A DNA stretch of 64,000 nt from positions 24,363-88,362 of the forward strand of contig CAJINA010000259.1 of the NCBI GenBank assembly GCA_905176665.1, in the 5' to 3' direction. The translations under genes and the position numbers were made by a program. The notes beneath the pieces were generated by a model. That model was not told the origin of the DNA. It worked only from the letters and a program-made list of their open reading frames with translations, and did not search any database. The stretch comes from Olavius algarvensis Delta 4 endosymbiont (GTDB lineage: Bacteria > Desulfobacterota > Desulfobacteria > Desulfobacterales > CAJINA01). Shown piece after piece: positions 9,759-19,584 of the stretch; position 1 is the stretch's first letter; each line of letters starts with the position of its first letter.

Positions 9759-10598
9759 TCATGCCACGTAAAAGTGTGCAGGGTCTACTTCCGGAAAAAG
9801 CCCGCTACTTGCTGCTCGTGAAAATAATTCCTTCACTGCCATTTTTCCTTCGCTACCCAGTTGAATGGAATATCGGTTGACATAAAGCGCGATATGCTGC
9901 CTGATAACTTCTGTTGTCATTTCCTGGGCGTGTTTTCGGATGTAAACATCGGACGCCTTCTCGTGGGCATACGCATATTCGATGCTGCTGCGAATGACAC
10001 GATTGGCATTCAAAGCGGTATCAGGCGCGATATCCTCACGGACTGCGATCGCTCCCAGGGGAATGGGATGGCCAGTTTCATCCTCCCACCACTGGCCGAG
10101 ATCCACCAGGCAGGTCAAACCGTGCTCGGGATAGGTAAATCGCCCCTCGTGGATAATAACGCCGGCATCTGCGGTCCCCCGCGAAACGGCCGGCATGATC
10201 TGGTCAAAGGGCATCGCCTCAACCGGTACGTCGCCCTCCAGATAGAGCCCCAGCAGCAGGTTGGCCGTGGTCCAATGTCCGGGGACGGCAATGCGGGCCT
10301 GCGCCAGGGCCGCGGGATCGAAATCCGGCCGGGCGACGACCAGGGGGCCGCAGCCACGCCCCAGGGCCGCCCCGCTCTCCAGAATCCGGTAGCGACCCTG
10401 CAGGTGCCCAATGGCCGCAAAGGAAAGTTTGGACACCGCGTAGATGCCCCGGGCCGCAGCCTGGTTGAGTGCTTCGACATCGGCCAGATCTATGGTAAAC
10501 GCCAGTTCACGCATGTTCACCAGCCGCTCGGCCAGGGCGTGAAATATGAAGGTATCGTTCGGGCAGGTCGAATAGGCGAGCTTGAGTCGGGTTTCCAT
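9759..10598 (-). CDS. mqnD: 1,4-dihydroxy-6-naphthoate synthase (futalosine pathway)
   Basis: 279 aa with LAYSTCPNDTFIFHAL, DVEALNQAA and ESGAALGRGCGPLVVA, which match the MqnD pattern. Confidence 0.75.
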   Translation of the reverse strand: METRLKLAYSTCPNDTFIFHALAERLVNMRELAFTIDLADVEALNQAAARGIYAVSKLSFAAIGHLQGRYRILESGAALGRGCGPLVVARPDFDPAALAQARIAVPGHWTTANLLLGLYLEGDVPVEAMPFDQIMPAVSRGTADAGVIIHEGRFTYPEHGLTCLVDLGQWWEDETGHPIPLGAIAVREDIAPDTALNANRVIRSSIEYAYAHEKASDVYIRKHAQEMTTEVIRQHIALYVNRYSIQLGSEGKMAVKELFSRAASSGLFPEVDPAHFYVA

Positions 10599-10613
10599 CG
10601 TTCCTCTTAAATT

Positions 10614-11345
10614 TTAGGGCCGGTTTGCCAGGTACCATTGTACAGCCTGGGCACTGTGCTTAAAGGACAAGGGCAGGTCCCAGCGGCGCTTGTCCCGGTC
10701 CCCTACCAGGTTGCTGACAGCGCGTATCTCTAGAAAGGGTAGGTCATACAGGAGCGCCACATGCGCGGCGCCGGCACCTTCCATGTTCTCTATCAAGGCC
10801 CCGAAGTGTCCGTGCAGCCACGCGGTGCGGGCCGCCGTGGTGGTGACCGTGGCAACAGTAACAAAAGGCCCCCCGTGCACCGGCACCCCGACCGCGGCTG
10901 ACGCGGCATTCAGGGCCTGATCGCTGATGTCCACGGCCACCGGATACTGATTGAATATGGCCTGTCCCGGTTTTTGGATGACCGGAAACGGCAAGGGACC
11001 GATTGCGGACCTGGGCACAGCAGGTTCCAACCCCAGGTGGGCATCAAATTCCGTTGATGCAACCGCCACATCGCCGATCTGCATTCCGGCCTCGCTGAAA
11101 CCGCCGCCGCAGCCGGTTTGCAGGATCAAGCCCGGTCTTTCCTTTTCAATGGCCGCCGTCAGGCCCTGCACGGTATTGGCGATCCCCGGGCCGGTGACCA
11201 GCAGCCGGACCGCCTGGCGTCCGATTCGTCCGCGCAGCAGTTCCCGTCCGCCCGCCTGCTCGGGTGTCGCCCCGGAAAGGTTTTTAATCAAATCCTCTAT
11301 TTCGCCGGGTACCGCCGCAGCTATAAGGATGTCACCGCTCACCAT
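10614..11345 (-). CDS. mqnB: futalosine hydrolase (PNP/UDP nucleosidase family)
   Basis: 243 aa with a nucleosidase-fold motif (ENMEGAGAAHVA). It lies adjacent to mqnD. Confidence 0.7.
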   Translation of the reverse strand: MVSGDILIAAAVPGEIEDLIKNLSGATPEQAGGRELLRGRIGRQAVRLLVTGPGIANTVQGLTAAIEKERPGLILQTGCGGGFSEAGMQIGDVAVASTEFDAHLGLEPAVPRSAIGPLPFPVIQKPGQAIFNQYPVAVDISDQALNAASAAVGVPVHGGPFVTVATVTTTAARTAWLHGHFGALIENMEGAGAAHVALLYDLPFLEIRAVSNLVGDRDKRRWDLPLSFKHSAQAVQWYLANRP

Positions 11346-11346
11346 A

Positions 11347-12003
11347 TCAGGTTCCTTTCTCGTCGCCGGCCATGCCGTTTTTCACCATCGTCACAAGTTG
11401 GCGCGCCCAATCGGCAGCCTGGTGACGGTCCAGCCCGTATAGCCCTATCCCGGCATCAAAGTGCTCCATGCTGAGAGATTGCAGAAAGCGGTCCATCATG
11501 GCATCCAGCAGGAAGGCGGCCTGGTCAAGGTCAAGATCGGCCCGCAGTTCGCCCCTGTCGCGGGCATCTTTTAAAAGTGAATGTAAATAGGAATGACTGT
11601 AGCGGCGTAAAGATAAGAGAATGTCGTCCCGAAAGGGAATCGTCCGGTCAGACTGGATACGCAGGTAGAGGGCATAAATCCGGGGGTGGTCGTTGACAAA
11701 CGCGATGCCGGCGGACAGGGTTTGGGTAAGACGGACGAAGATATCTTCGGTTGCGGTAGAATCCCGGACGTCGCGCAGGTAATTTTTGACCCTGCTCATG
11801 GACAGGTCGAATACATACGTGAACAGCCCGCTTTTATCGCCGAAATACTGAAATATGGATCCCTTGGCGATTTGCAGACGCTCGATCATGCGGTTGATGC
11901 TCGCCCCTTCGTATCCTCGCTCGGCAAACTCACGGGTCGCCACCGCGGTAATCCGATTGCGCTTGTCCTCCGGCAGATTGAAAAATGTCTGTTTGGCGGT
12001 CAT
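11347..12003 (-). CDS. TetR/AcrR-family transcriptional regulator
   Basis: 218 aa with an N-terminal HTH (ATREFAERGYEGASINRMIERLQIAKGSIFQYFGDK). Confidence 0.85.
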   Translation of the reverse strand: MTAKQTFFNLPEDKRNRITAVATREFAERGYEGASINRMIERLQIAKGSIFQYFGDKSGLFTYVFDLSMSRVKNYLRDVRDSTATEDIFVRLTQTLSAGIAFVNDHPRIYALYLRIQSDRTIPFRDDILLSLRRYSHSYLHSLLKDARDRGELRADLDLDQAAFLLDAMMDRFLQSLSMEHFDAGIGLYGLDRHQAADWARQLVTMVKNGMAGDEKGT

Positions 12004-12085
12004 ACTGATCGGGTGTATCCAGTATATGGTTCGTTCATCTTTACTTTCACCTGTTCATTCCGAGGGTTTTAATGCTTACTCTTAC

Positions 12086-12139
12086 TCTTGCTCATAATCT
12101 TAGTCCGGTTTTAATCCGAGATTAAGAGTATGAGCAAGA
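12086..12139. repeat. 54-nt near-perfect inverted repeat (hairpin) between aat and the TetR gene
   Basis: 12086-12108 pairs with 12117-12139, including an 11-bp perfect core (tcttgctcata / tatgagcaaga). There are about two mismatches and one G-T. No flanking T-run on either strand. Confidence 0.7.
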
Positions 12140-12277
12140 CACTTCATGACCTCCTGCCAGGGGAGGAAAACTTATTGAATTCCGACTTCAGGCTTCTGAT
12201 CTCCCGGCGTTCGCTTTCGATCCGGTCAAGTCCTGACCCCTGACTCCTGATCCCGGGGTCCCCTCCCCCTCACCTTC

Positions 12278-12958
12278 TCACCGCGGCCACGGCCCTCTCA
12301 GGCTCGGTTTTTCCCGAAATCTTGCCAGGATCTTTAAAAATTCGGACCTGGGTATCTCCCGGGCACCGAAACTTTTCAGGTGCTGGGTTGCGACCTGGCA
12401 ATCAAGCAACCCGAATTTCTTTGTGTGCAGATACTCCACCAGGGTGACAAAGGCAACCTTGGAAGCATTGCTGTCGCGGCTGAACATGGATTCGCCAAAA
12501 AAGCACCGTCCGATGGCCACGCCGTAAAGGCCGCCGGCCAGCCGGTCACCGGACCAAGCTTCCACCGAATGAGCAAAGCCGGCAACATGCAGGCGTTCGT
12601 AGGCGCCAACCATATCGCGGGTGATCCAAGTCCCTTTTTCATGGCGCCGGGGAATATCAGCACAGGCCTTTATCACCCGATCGAAAGCTGTGTCCATGGT
12701 AATACGAAAGCTGCCGTTGCGCAGGGTGCGGCGCAGCCTCCGCGATACCTGCAATTCGTCTGGAAACAGAACCAGGCGCGGATCCGGTGACCACCATAAA
12801 ATAGGGTCGGGATCTGAGTACCAGGGAAATATCCCCAAATAGTAGGCCTTGAGCAGGCGTTTCTCGCTGAGATCGCCACCAACGGCCAGCAAACCATCGC
12901 GCTCCGAAAAATGAGGGGGCGGAAAAGAGGAGTTATTTGACAGCTCGAAGATCGGCAT
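12278..12958 (-). CDS. aat: leucyl/phenylalanyl-tRNA--protein transferase
   Basis: 226 aa with LLAVGGDLS, LLKAYYLGIFPWY, ILWWSPDPR and GESMFS motifs. Confidence 0.9.
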   Translation of the reverse strand: MPIFELSNNSSFPPPHFSERDGLLAVGGDLSEKRLLKAYYLGIFPWYSDPDPILWWSPDPRLVLFPDELQVSRRLRRTLRNGSFRITMDTAFDRVIKACADIPRRHEKGTWITRDMVGAYERLHVAGFAHSVEAWSGDRLAGGLYGVAIGRCFFGESMFSRDSNASKVAFVTLVEYLHTKKFGLLDCQVATQHLKSFGAREIPRSEFLKILARFREKPSLRGPWPR

Positions 12959-13032
12959 ACATGCGCCTGTTTGGTGTTTTTCCCATCTTTACATGGCTGA
13001 CAACTCAAATTTCGAAATTGGTGAAAGTTCAA

Positions 13033-13106
13033 GCATCGCTATCGAAATCGAGGCCCGCCTAATGTTTCTGAAGCCAATTTCGATCCCGATAGCGATTTCG
13101 ATTCAG
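13033..13106. repeat. intergenic palindromic repeat element, copy A (related copy at 22033-22086)
   Basis: The minus strand of 13075-13106 reads GAATCGAAATCGCTATCGGGATCGAAATTG. The plus strand at 22034-22066 reads GAATCGAAATCGCAGGCGCTATCGGGATCGGGA. The 14-mer cgctatcgggatcg is identical in both copies. Confidence 0.7.
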
Positions 13107-13220
13107 GCTGAAACCCGAAAATTGAGTTATCACTTAAATGCAGACAGACCTTGGCTCATTTGACACGCTGTTTGAAGCCTGCAAAATGTCAGCCGCTTCA
13201 AAAGCCCTTATTTACAGCAC

Positions 13221-13243
13221 TAAAAAAGGGGACCACACCCCTT
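13221..13243 (-). terminator. candidate intrinsic terminator downstream of clpA
   Basis: The minus strand reads AAGGGG-UGUGGU-CCCCUU followed by UUUUA, about 50 nt after the clpA stop. Confidence 0.5.
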
Positions 13244-13293
13244 ATATCGGATGCGATCCCCTGATGCAATTTAAAGCAGCTTATCGGTAACAC

Positions 13294-15549
13294 TTACTTT
13301 TTTGTTGCTTTAGTGGTGATGTCGAAGGTTAAATCCTCATCATTACAGTCTATCCGCACCTGCCCACCCTTTTCAAGGCGGCCAAACAGAATTTCATCTG
13401 CCAGCCGGTCCTTGATATGGGTCTGGAAAATCCTGCCCAGCGGCCGCGCGCCGAACTGGGGATCATATCCTTTCTTGGCCAGCCAGCCGCGGGTGCTGTC
13501 CGTCAAGGAGAGGATCACCTTCCGGGCGGCCAACTGGGTGTTGAGCTCCGCCAGGAATTTATCGACAATCTTCTCCATGATAGCCACTGTCAGGGAATTG
13601 AAGGTGATGATGTCATCCAGACGGTTTCTGAATTCCGGAGAAAACAGTTTCTCCACCGCCTTGATCCCCTTGGCTTCAGTGTCATCACGGCGGTCGCCGA
13701 AGCCGATGGTCTGAGCCCCCATCTCGCGGGTGCCGGCGTTGGAGGTCATCATCAGGATAACGTTCCGGAAGTCCGCCTGCTTGCCAGTGTTGTCGGTGAG
13801 GGTGGCATGGTCCATCACCTGCAGCAGGATATTGAACAGGTCAATGTGGGCCTTTTCGATCTCGTCCAGCAGCAGGACCGCATGCGGATGTTTGCGGATC
13901 CCATCGGTTAACAGGCCGCCCTGGTCGAACCCGACGTAGCCCGGGGGGGCACCGATCAGCCGGGCCACGGCATGTTTTTCCATGTACTCACTCATGTCAA
14001 ACCGCATGAATTCGATACCCAGTATCGCTGCTACCTGCCGCGCCACCTCGGTCTTGCCGACACCGGTCGGCCCGGTGAACAGGAAGGACCCGATAGGATG
14101 TTCCGGTGTCTCGAGTCCGGCACGCGAACGCTTGATCGACGTGACCAGGGATGTAATTGCCGTGTCCTGACCGAAAACCACCTTCTTCAGTTCAATCTCC
14201 AGGTTCTCCAGACGGGTCTTGTCGGAAGTGGTGACACTGATGGCTGGTATCCGGGCCATCTTGGCCACGATCTTTTCGATATCGCTGGGATGGATCTTCT
14301 TGCGGCTCTGGGGGCCGGAAAGCCGAATAAATGCCCCGGCTTCATCAATGACGTCAATAGCCTTGTCCGGCAGGAACCGATCCCACAGGTACTTGGTGGA
14401 AAGGTCCACCGCCGCCTTTAAGGCCGCATCGGTGTAGGCGATATCGTGGTGGTCCTCATACCGCGAACGCAGTCCTTTCAGGATCTGCACCGCCTCCTTT
14501 TCGGGCGGTTCGGCCACCTCGATTTTTTCAAACCTCCGGGAAAGGGCCCGGTCTTTTTCGAAATGGTTCTTATACTCCTCGTAGGTGGTCGATCCCATAA
14601 ACCGCATGTCCCCGCTGGACAGGGCCGGCTTGAGGATATTGGACGCATCCATGGAGCCGCCGCTGGTGGCGCCGGCGCCGACAATGGTGTGAGTTTCGTC
14701 GATGAAAAGAATCGCCTGCGGCTCTTTTTCAAGGGCCTTTAAGACGGCTTTCATGCGCCGTTCGAAATCGCCCCGAAACTTGGTGCCGGCAATCAGCGCG
14801 CCCAGGTCCAGGGAGTAAATATTGACCCCCGCCAGGATATCCGGCACGCGCTGGTCGTGGATCATCTGGGCCAGGCCTTCGGCCAGGGCAGTCTTGCCAA
14901 CGCCCGGTTCGCCGACGAACACGGGGTTGTTCTTGCGACGCCGACAGAGAACCTGCATGGTCCGTTCCAGTTCCAGCTCCCGCCCGATAAGCGGATCCAG
15001 TTTCCCCTCGGCCGCCCTTTTAACCAGGTCGGTGGTGAAAACCTCCAGCGGATTCTTCTTTTTCTTTTTTTTCTCTTTCTCGGCAACACGCTCGTCTTCA
15101 TCTGGAACTTCAAACGACAGCTTAGAGATATCGTGTGAAATGTAGTTCAGGACATCCAACCGGGTAATCCCTTCCTCACCGAGAAAATAGACCGCATGCG
15201 AATCATCCTCCTGCAGTATGGAAGCCAGGATATCACTGACGGAAACTTCCTGCTTCTCTGCACTGCGGGTATGGTTGACCGCCCTTTGAATCACCCGCTG
15301 AAATCCGATCGTCTGCTGGAGAACGTATTGTTGTTCGGCATCGAGACTGTCCACCTGCTCCTTGAAGAAGGTTTCCAGACTCTGCAGCAGGTTATCCACG
15401 TCCCCCCCGCATTTCTGGATGATATCTATGCCCGTACTGTCATGTAAAATAGCGTACAGCGCGTGTTCGGTGCTGACATGTTCGTGTCGCCGCTTCTTGG
15501 CTTCTCGTACGGCGAACCCCAGGGTTGCACTTAATTCCTTGCTGATCAT
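13294..15549 (-). CDS. clpA: ATP-dependent Clp protease ATP-binding subunit ClpA
   Basis: Two AAA+ modules are present (GEPGVGKTA, GPTGVGKTE), with an N-terminal Clp_N repeat. The preferred start is [10 protein letters not shown] at 15549, overlapping the clpS stop as TGATG. The ORF track extends to 15573. Confidence 0.95.
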   Translation of the reverse strand: MISKELSATLGFAVREAKKRRHEHVSTEHALYAILHDSTGIDIIQKCGGDVDNLLQSLETFFKEQVDSLDAEQQYVLQQTIGFQRVIQRAVNHTRSAEKQEVSVSDILASILQEDDSHAVYFLGEEGITRLDVLNYISHDISKLSFEVPDEDERVAEKEKKKKKKNPLEVFTTDLVKRAAEGKLDPLIGRELELERTMQVLCRRRKNNPVFVGEPGVGKTALAEGLAQMIHDQRVPDILAGVNIYSLDLGALIAGTKFRGDFERRMKAVLKALEKEPQAILFIDETHTIVGAGATSGGSMDASNILKPALSSGDMRFMGSTTYEEYKNHFEKDRALSRRFEKIEVAEPPEKEAVQILKGLRSRYEDHHDIAYTDAALKAAVDLSTKYLWDRFLPDKAIDVIDEAGAFIRLSGPQSRKKIHPSDIEKIVAKMARIPAISVTTSDKTRLENLEIELKKVVFGQDTAITSLVTSIKRSRAGLETPEHPIGSFLFTGPTGVGKTEVARQVAAILGIEFMRFDMSEYMEKHAVARLIGAPPGYVGFDQGGLLTDGIRKHPHAVLLLDEIEKAHIDLFNILLQVMDHATLTDNTGKQADFRNVILMMTSNAGTREMGAQTIGFGDRRDDTEAKGIKAVEKLFSPEFRNRLDDIITFNSLTVAIMEKIVDKFLAELNTQLAARKVILSLTDSTRGWLAKKGYDPQFGARPLGRIFQTHIKDRLADEILFGRLEKGGQVRIDCNDEDLTFDITTKATKK

Positions 15550-15860
15550 CAGTCGTCCTCTTCCATTGAACACTTAAGCGGATATCCGTGTTCACGAGCG
15601 ATGCTGTGAACGGTATCCACCTTGGTTTCAGCCACCTCAAAGGTGTACACACCGCAGACGCCTATGCCCTTTTCATGGACATTCAGCATAATCCGCGTGG
15701 CATCTTCAATGGTTTTGTGAAATATGTGTACCAGGATCTCGACCACGAATTCCATGGTCGTGTAATTATCATTGTGAAGCAGCACCCTGTACATAGGGGG
15801 CTCCTTCACCTTCTTTTCTGCCTTAACCTCACCTTCCGTATCAGAGACGAATTGACTCAT
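15549..15860 (-). CDS. clpS: ATP-dependent Clp protease adaptor ClpS
   Basis: 103 aa with [23 protein letters not shown] and [12 protein letters not shown]. It lies immediately upstream of clpA. Confidence 0.9.
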   Translation of the reverse strand: MSQFVSDTEGEVKAEKKVKEPPMYRVLLHNDNYTTMEFVVEILVHIFHKTIEDATRIMLNVHEKGIGVCGVYTFEVAETKVDTVHSIAREHGYPLKCSMEEDD

Positions 15861-15896
15861 TTAACTGTAAATACTGATAAAGTTCTATTTTGACCA

Positions 15897-16277
15897 TCAA
15901 CCGGCCGCTACGAACACTTTTTCAATTTCCTGTCTGAGCTGCGCCACATCGATCGGCTTTTGCAGATAACCGTCAAATCCGGCCCGTTTGATTTTTTCAG
16001 GCTCATATAGATCCACATGGCCCGAAAACATATATACAGCCGTTCCCGGCGCGGCGGACTTGATCTGTTCGCACAATTCCATGCCATCGGTACCCGGCAT
16101 AATAAGGTCCGTTATCACCAGGGAAATACGATCCTTTTGAATTAAATTCAAGGCCGTATCCGGATCCTGAGCCAGGACCACCTGATACCCCATTCTATCC
16201 AGCAGGCTTCCCATCATATCCAGTTGATCTTCTTCGTTATCCACCACCAGTATTTTTTTCGCTGTCATTGTATTCAC
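15897..16277 (-). CDS. single-domain response regulator (CheY-like receiver)
   Basis: 126 aa with ILVVDNEED, LVITDLIMPGTDG and LQKP motifs. Confidence 0.85.
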   Translation of the reverse strand: MNTMTAKKILVVDNEEDQLDMMGSLLDRMGYQVVLAQDPDTALNLIQKDRISLVITDLIMPGTDGMELCEQIKSAAPGTAVYMFSGHVDLYEPEKIKRAGFDGYLQKPIDVAQLRQEIEKVFVAAG

Positions 16278-16822
16278 CTCGGGAGACCGTCAGGGTTTCC
16301 AATACAAGCAGAGCTACCTGCCTCAGCGGCTATAAACAATCACTGGGGGCCTGAAACGCATATGGACCGCTAGAGCGCGAGCACCGTCATCGCAGCCAGA
16401 GCTTGTCGGCAGGCTGTCCGGTTGCCCGTCGCTTGTCAACGGCTCTGATTACGGGGTTTGGGATGGGAAGCAACGGTCAAATCGTTTCATCCACTGCAAC
16501 CAATATAACCATCTCATGTTCGTATTGTAAAGGGAGGGCCTGCAAAAAATAAGGAAGTTAGAGATCAGAGGACGGCAGAACCCGAGAGACCGTCCGTACA
16601 AAGATTCAAGGGCGGCAACCAAAGGTCCCCGGCATTCTGGTATGTCGCTTGCGCTTCATCCCGGTTCAACTATCTGATTAAGATGAAGCGTAGGCGCAAG
16701 ATTAGATGATGATGGACCATGGCGCTGATACCGCCCCGCCGGATACCCGGCATCAGATTTCTGACGCCGGCCTTTTGGCTGGGTAGGCAACCCCCCGGTC
16801 CCTATAGCCCTGGGACCCTTGA

Positions 16823-19342
16823 TTACCTTCCGCAGCACTTCTTGTATTTTTTACCACTTCCACAGGGACAAGGGGCGTTGCGTCCCACTTTTTTGGTGCT
16901 GCGCTGGGCCGGTTTTTGAGCAGGAGCTTCCCCGCCGGAAAAATACATCGGTTGTTCCGGCTGCCGCAGGTCTTCCAGTTTCTCGAGCTCCGCAATCTGG
17001 ATTCTGAAAAGGATCGCAATGGTTTCGCGCTTGATCCGTTCGATCATACCCTGAAAAAGCTCAAACCCCTCCTTCTTGTAAACCAGCAGCGGGTTTTGCT
17101 GGGCATACCCCCGCAAACCGATGCCTTCTTTCAGGTGGTCCATACTCAGCAGATGGTCTTTCCAGAGGTTATCCACCGTCTGCAGCATGACAACGCGCTC
17201 GAGGTGTCGGAATTCTTCGGGGGTTATCAGGTTCTCTTTGGCGGTAAATTGCAACTGAGCGGCTTCATAGATGTGTTCCGCAAGCCCATCCGCGGTCAGG
17301 CCATCCAGGGTATCCTCGTCAGGGGCAACCATCCGGATATTAAACTGCTCAAAAATCGTATCGCCGATACTCTTCCAGTCCCACTCCTCGGCCAGGATAC
17401 GTTCATCCGCAAACACCTGGGCAATCTGTTCGCAGATCTCACGGATCATATCCACGATGGTATCCTTGATGTCCGCTCCCCGCAGAATGTCACGGCGGTG
17501 CCGGTAAATCACCTCGCGCTGCTGGTTCATCACATCATCATACTCGATGAGCTGTTTCCGGATTTCAAAATTGTGGCCTTCAACCTTCGACTGGGCATTC
17601 TCAATGGCCCGGCTGATCAGGTTGTGCTCAATGGGTTCGCCCTCCTCCATCCCCAGTTTTTCCATAATGCCGGTTATACGCTGCCCGCCGAATATCCGCA
17701 GCAGGTCATCCTCGAGGGACAGGAAAAAGCGAGAGGATCCGGGGTCACCCTGGCGCCCCGACCGTCCGCGGAGCTGATTGTCAATCCGACGGCTTTCGTG
17801 CCGCTCGGTACCGAGGATATGTAGCCCCCCCAGGTCGGTAACACCCTCCCCCAGGACGATATCGGTCCCCCGGCCGGCCATGTTGGTGGAAATGGTCACC
17901 GCCCCGTGCTGTCCGGCCTGAGAGATGATCTCGGCTTCCTTTTCGTGGTTCTTGGCATTCAGCACGGTGTGCGGGATGCCGCGTTTTTTAAGTTTCTTGG
18001 AAAAGCTTTCCGAAACATCGATGGAGACCGTACCCACCAGGACCGGCTGTCCTTTATGGTGCAGAGCAATTATCTCATCGATGGCGGCATTGAATTTTTC
18101 GCGCTTGGTCTTGTAGATGGCATCGGGAAAATCGGCCCGGATCATATCCTGATTGGTTGGCATCACCGAGACGTCAAGATCATAAATCTTTTTAAATTCA
18201 GCAGCTTCCGTGTCAGCAGTACCCGTCATGCCCGCCAGTTTGGCATACATGCGAAAATAGTTCTGGAAGGTAATGGTCGCCAGGGTCTGATTCTCGTTCT
18301 CGATCTTCACGTTCTCTTTGGCTTCGAGAGCCTGGTGGAGTCCTTCACTGTAACGCCTGCCCGGCATCAGCCGCCCCGTGAATTCATCGACAATGATCAC
18401 CTCACCGTTTTTAACGATGTAATCGACATCCCTTTTGAACAGGGTATGTGCTTTCAGGGCCTGGTTGAGATGGTGCAGCACATCGATATTCGACGGATCG
18501 TAGAGATTCTCGACGCCCATCACCTCTTCGGCGTGGGCGATGCCTTCCTCGGTCAGGACCGAGGAACGGGCCTTTTCGTCGATGCTGTAGTGGGTTTCTT
18601 TGCGCAGCTGCGGTATAACGGTGTTGACCCGGTAGTACAGCTCGGTGGATTTTTCCGCCGGCCCGGATATGATCAGCGGGGTCCGGGCTTCATCCACCAG
18701 AATGCTGTCTACTTCGTCGACGATGGCATAGTGCAGATCCCGCTGGACCAGGGACCTTTTTTCAAACTTCATGTTGTCCCGCAGATAATCGAAGCCGAAT
18801 TCATTATTGGTACCGTAGGTGATGTCGGCCCCATAGGCAGCCTGCCGCTGGTCATCATCCAGCCCGTGCAGAACACAGCCCACCGTCAACCCCAGAAAGG
18901 AATAGATCTGGCCCATCCAGTCCGTATCCCGCCGAGCGAGGTAGTCATTTACGGTAACAATATGAACGCCGCGACCAGTCAGGGCATTGAGGTACGCGGG
19001 CAGCGTGGCAACCAGGGTCTTGCCTTCTCCGGTCTTCATCTCAGCGATTTTACCCCGGTGGAGCACTATCCCCCCGATCATCTGGACGTCGAAGTGACGC
19101 ATACCAAGGGTACGCACGGATGCTTCCCGAACCGTGGCAAATGCCTCGGGCAGGATATCATCCGGAGTTTCCCCGTTCTCTAGACGCGTTTTGAACTTGG
19201 CGGTCTGCTCTTTAAGTTGAGCGTCATCCAGGGCCTGCATTTGGGGTTCGAAAGCCGTGATGGTCTCAACCAAGGGTTGAATCCTTTTCAGCTCTCTTTC
19301 ATTCTTGCTACCGAATATCTTTGTCAACAGCATTGAAATCAT
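16823..19342 (-). CDS. secA: preprotein translocase ATPase SecA
   Basis: The C-terminal zinc motif [14 protein letters not shown] is present along with DEAD-like motor motifs. The preferred start [20 protein letters not shown] aligns with canonical SecA N-termini. The ORF track extends to 19405. Confidence 0.95.
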   Translation of the reverse strand: MISMLLTKIFGSKNERELKRIQPLVETITAFEPQMQALDDAQLKEQTAKFKTRLENGETPDDILPEAFATVREASVRTLGMRHFDVQMIGGIVLHRGKIAEMKTGEGKTLVATLPAYLNALTGRGVHIVTVNDYLARRDTDWMGQIYSFLGLTVGCVLHGLDDDQRQAAYGADITYGTNNEFGFDYLRDNMKFEKRSLVQRDLHYAIVDEVDSILVDEARTPLIISGPAEKSTELYYRVNTVIPQLRKETHYSIDEKARSSVLTEEGIAHAEEVMGVENLYDPSNIDVLHHLNQALKAHTLFKRDVDYIVKNGEVIIVDEFTGRLMPGRRYSEGLHQALEAKENVKIENENQTLATITFQNYFRMYAKLAGMTGTADTEAAEFKKIYDLDVSVMPTNQDMIRADFPDAIYKTKREKFNAAIDEIIALHHKGQPVLVGTVSIDVSESFSKKLKKRGIPHTVLNAKNHEKEAEIISQAGQHGAVTISTNMAGRGTDIVLGEGVTDLGGLHILGTERHESRRIDNQLRGRSGRQGDPGSSRFFLSLEDDLLRIFGGQRITGIMEKLGMEEGEPIEHNLISRAIENAQSKVEGHNFEIRKQLIEYDDVMNQQREVIYRHRRDILRGADIKDTIVDMIREICEQIAQVFADERILAEEWDWKSIGDTIFEQFNIRMVAPDEDTLDGLTADGLAEHIYEAAQLQFTAKENLITPEEFRHLERVVMLQTVDNLWKDHLLSMDHLKEGIGLRGYAQQNPLLVYKKEGFELFQGMIERIKRETIAILFRIQIAELEKLEDLRQPEQPMYFSGGEAPAQKPAQRSTKKVGRNAPCPCGSGKKYKKCCGR

Positions 19343-19584
19343 AAACGCAGCATTCCTTGTTAATATCGATATCGCGTCAATCCGAAGGATCGGTTCTTCA
19401 TTCAACCTCGAAAATCCGGATCAAGCGCAAAAGTAAGATTTGGAGCCAGAAAAATCAACCCCGGGACCGCCGTCACCCCAATAAACCCCGCATTTTTTCA
19501 ACTTGCCGATATAACGGCACTTTACCGGCAGTTTGACGTTTCGAACCTTTGGGGTGCGATATGGGGGATGGATTTGAATGGCAA

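Noticed and set aside
9861-10610. Long opposite-strand ORFs over mqnD, livF (23301..24032), the SBP gene (27644..28516), phnC (45349..46086) and phnE (46877..47611, 46924..47613)
   Set aside because: All are shadow ORFs within genes whose other strand or frame has clear family motifs. This is typical of GC-rich DNA with few stop codons.
12215-12255. Short tandem-like tcctga/cctgac repeats (tcctgacccctgactcctgatccc), considered as a CRISPR or tandem-repeat locus
   Set aside because: There are only about three degenerate 7-8-nt units with no spacers and no repeat-spacer periodicity. No cas genes are present anywhere in the window.
15054-15090. Pyrimidine-rich tract encoding EKEKKKKKKN in ClpA, considered as a slippery or frameshift site
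   Set aside because: The reading frame is intact and conserved on both sides. The tract lies in the variable linker between the ClpA N-domain and the first AAA+ module, where charged low-complexity sequence is normal.
15549-15551. Possibility that TGA is reassigned genome-wide (explaining both in-frame TGAs)
   Set aside because: TGA ends clpS exactly at its conserved C-terminus, overlapping the clpA start. It also ends the methyltransferase and the 232-aa GT-C fragment. TGA therefore functions as a normal stop here.
16655-16672. GGTTCAAC resembling a tRNA T-loop in the secA / response-regulator intergenic region
   Set aside because: The flanking bases cannot form the T-stem (position 61 would not pair with G53). 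No acceptor or anticodon arms could be drawn around it.
17906-19183. 425-aa plus-strand ORF (plus the 302-aa ORF at 16916..17824) opposite secA
   Set aside because: It lies entirely antisense to a clearly conserved SecA coding sequence. The product is low-complexity and Gly/Arg/Pro/His-rich, as expected for shadow frames in GC-rich genes, and it has no recognisable motifs.
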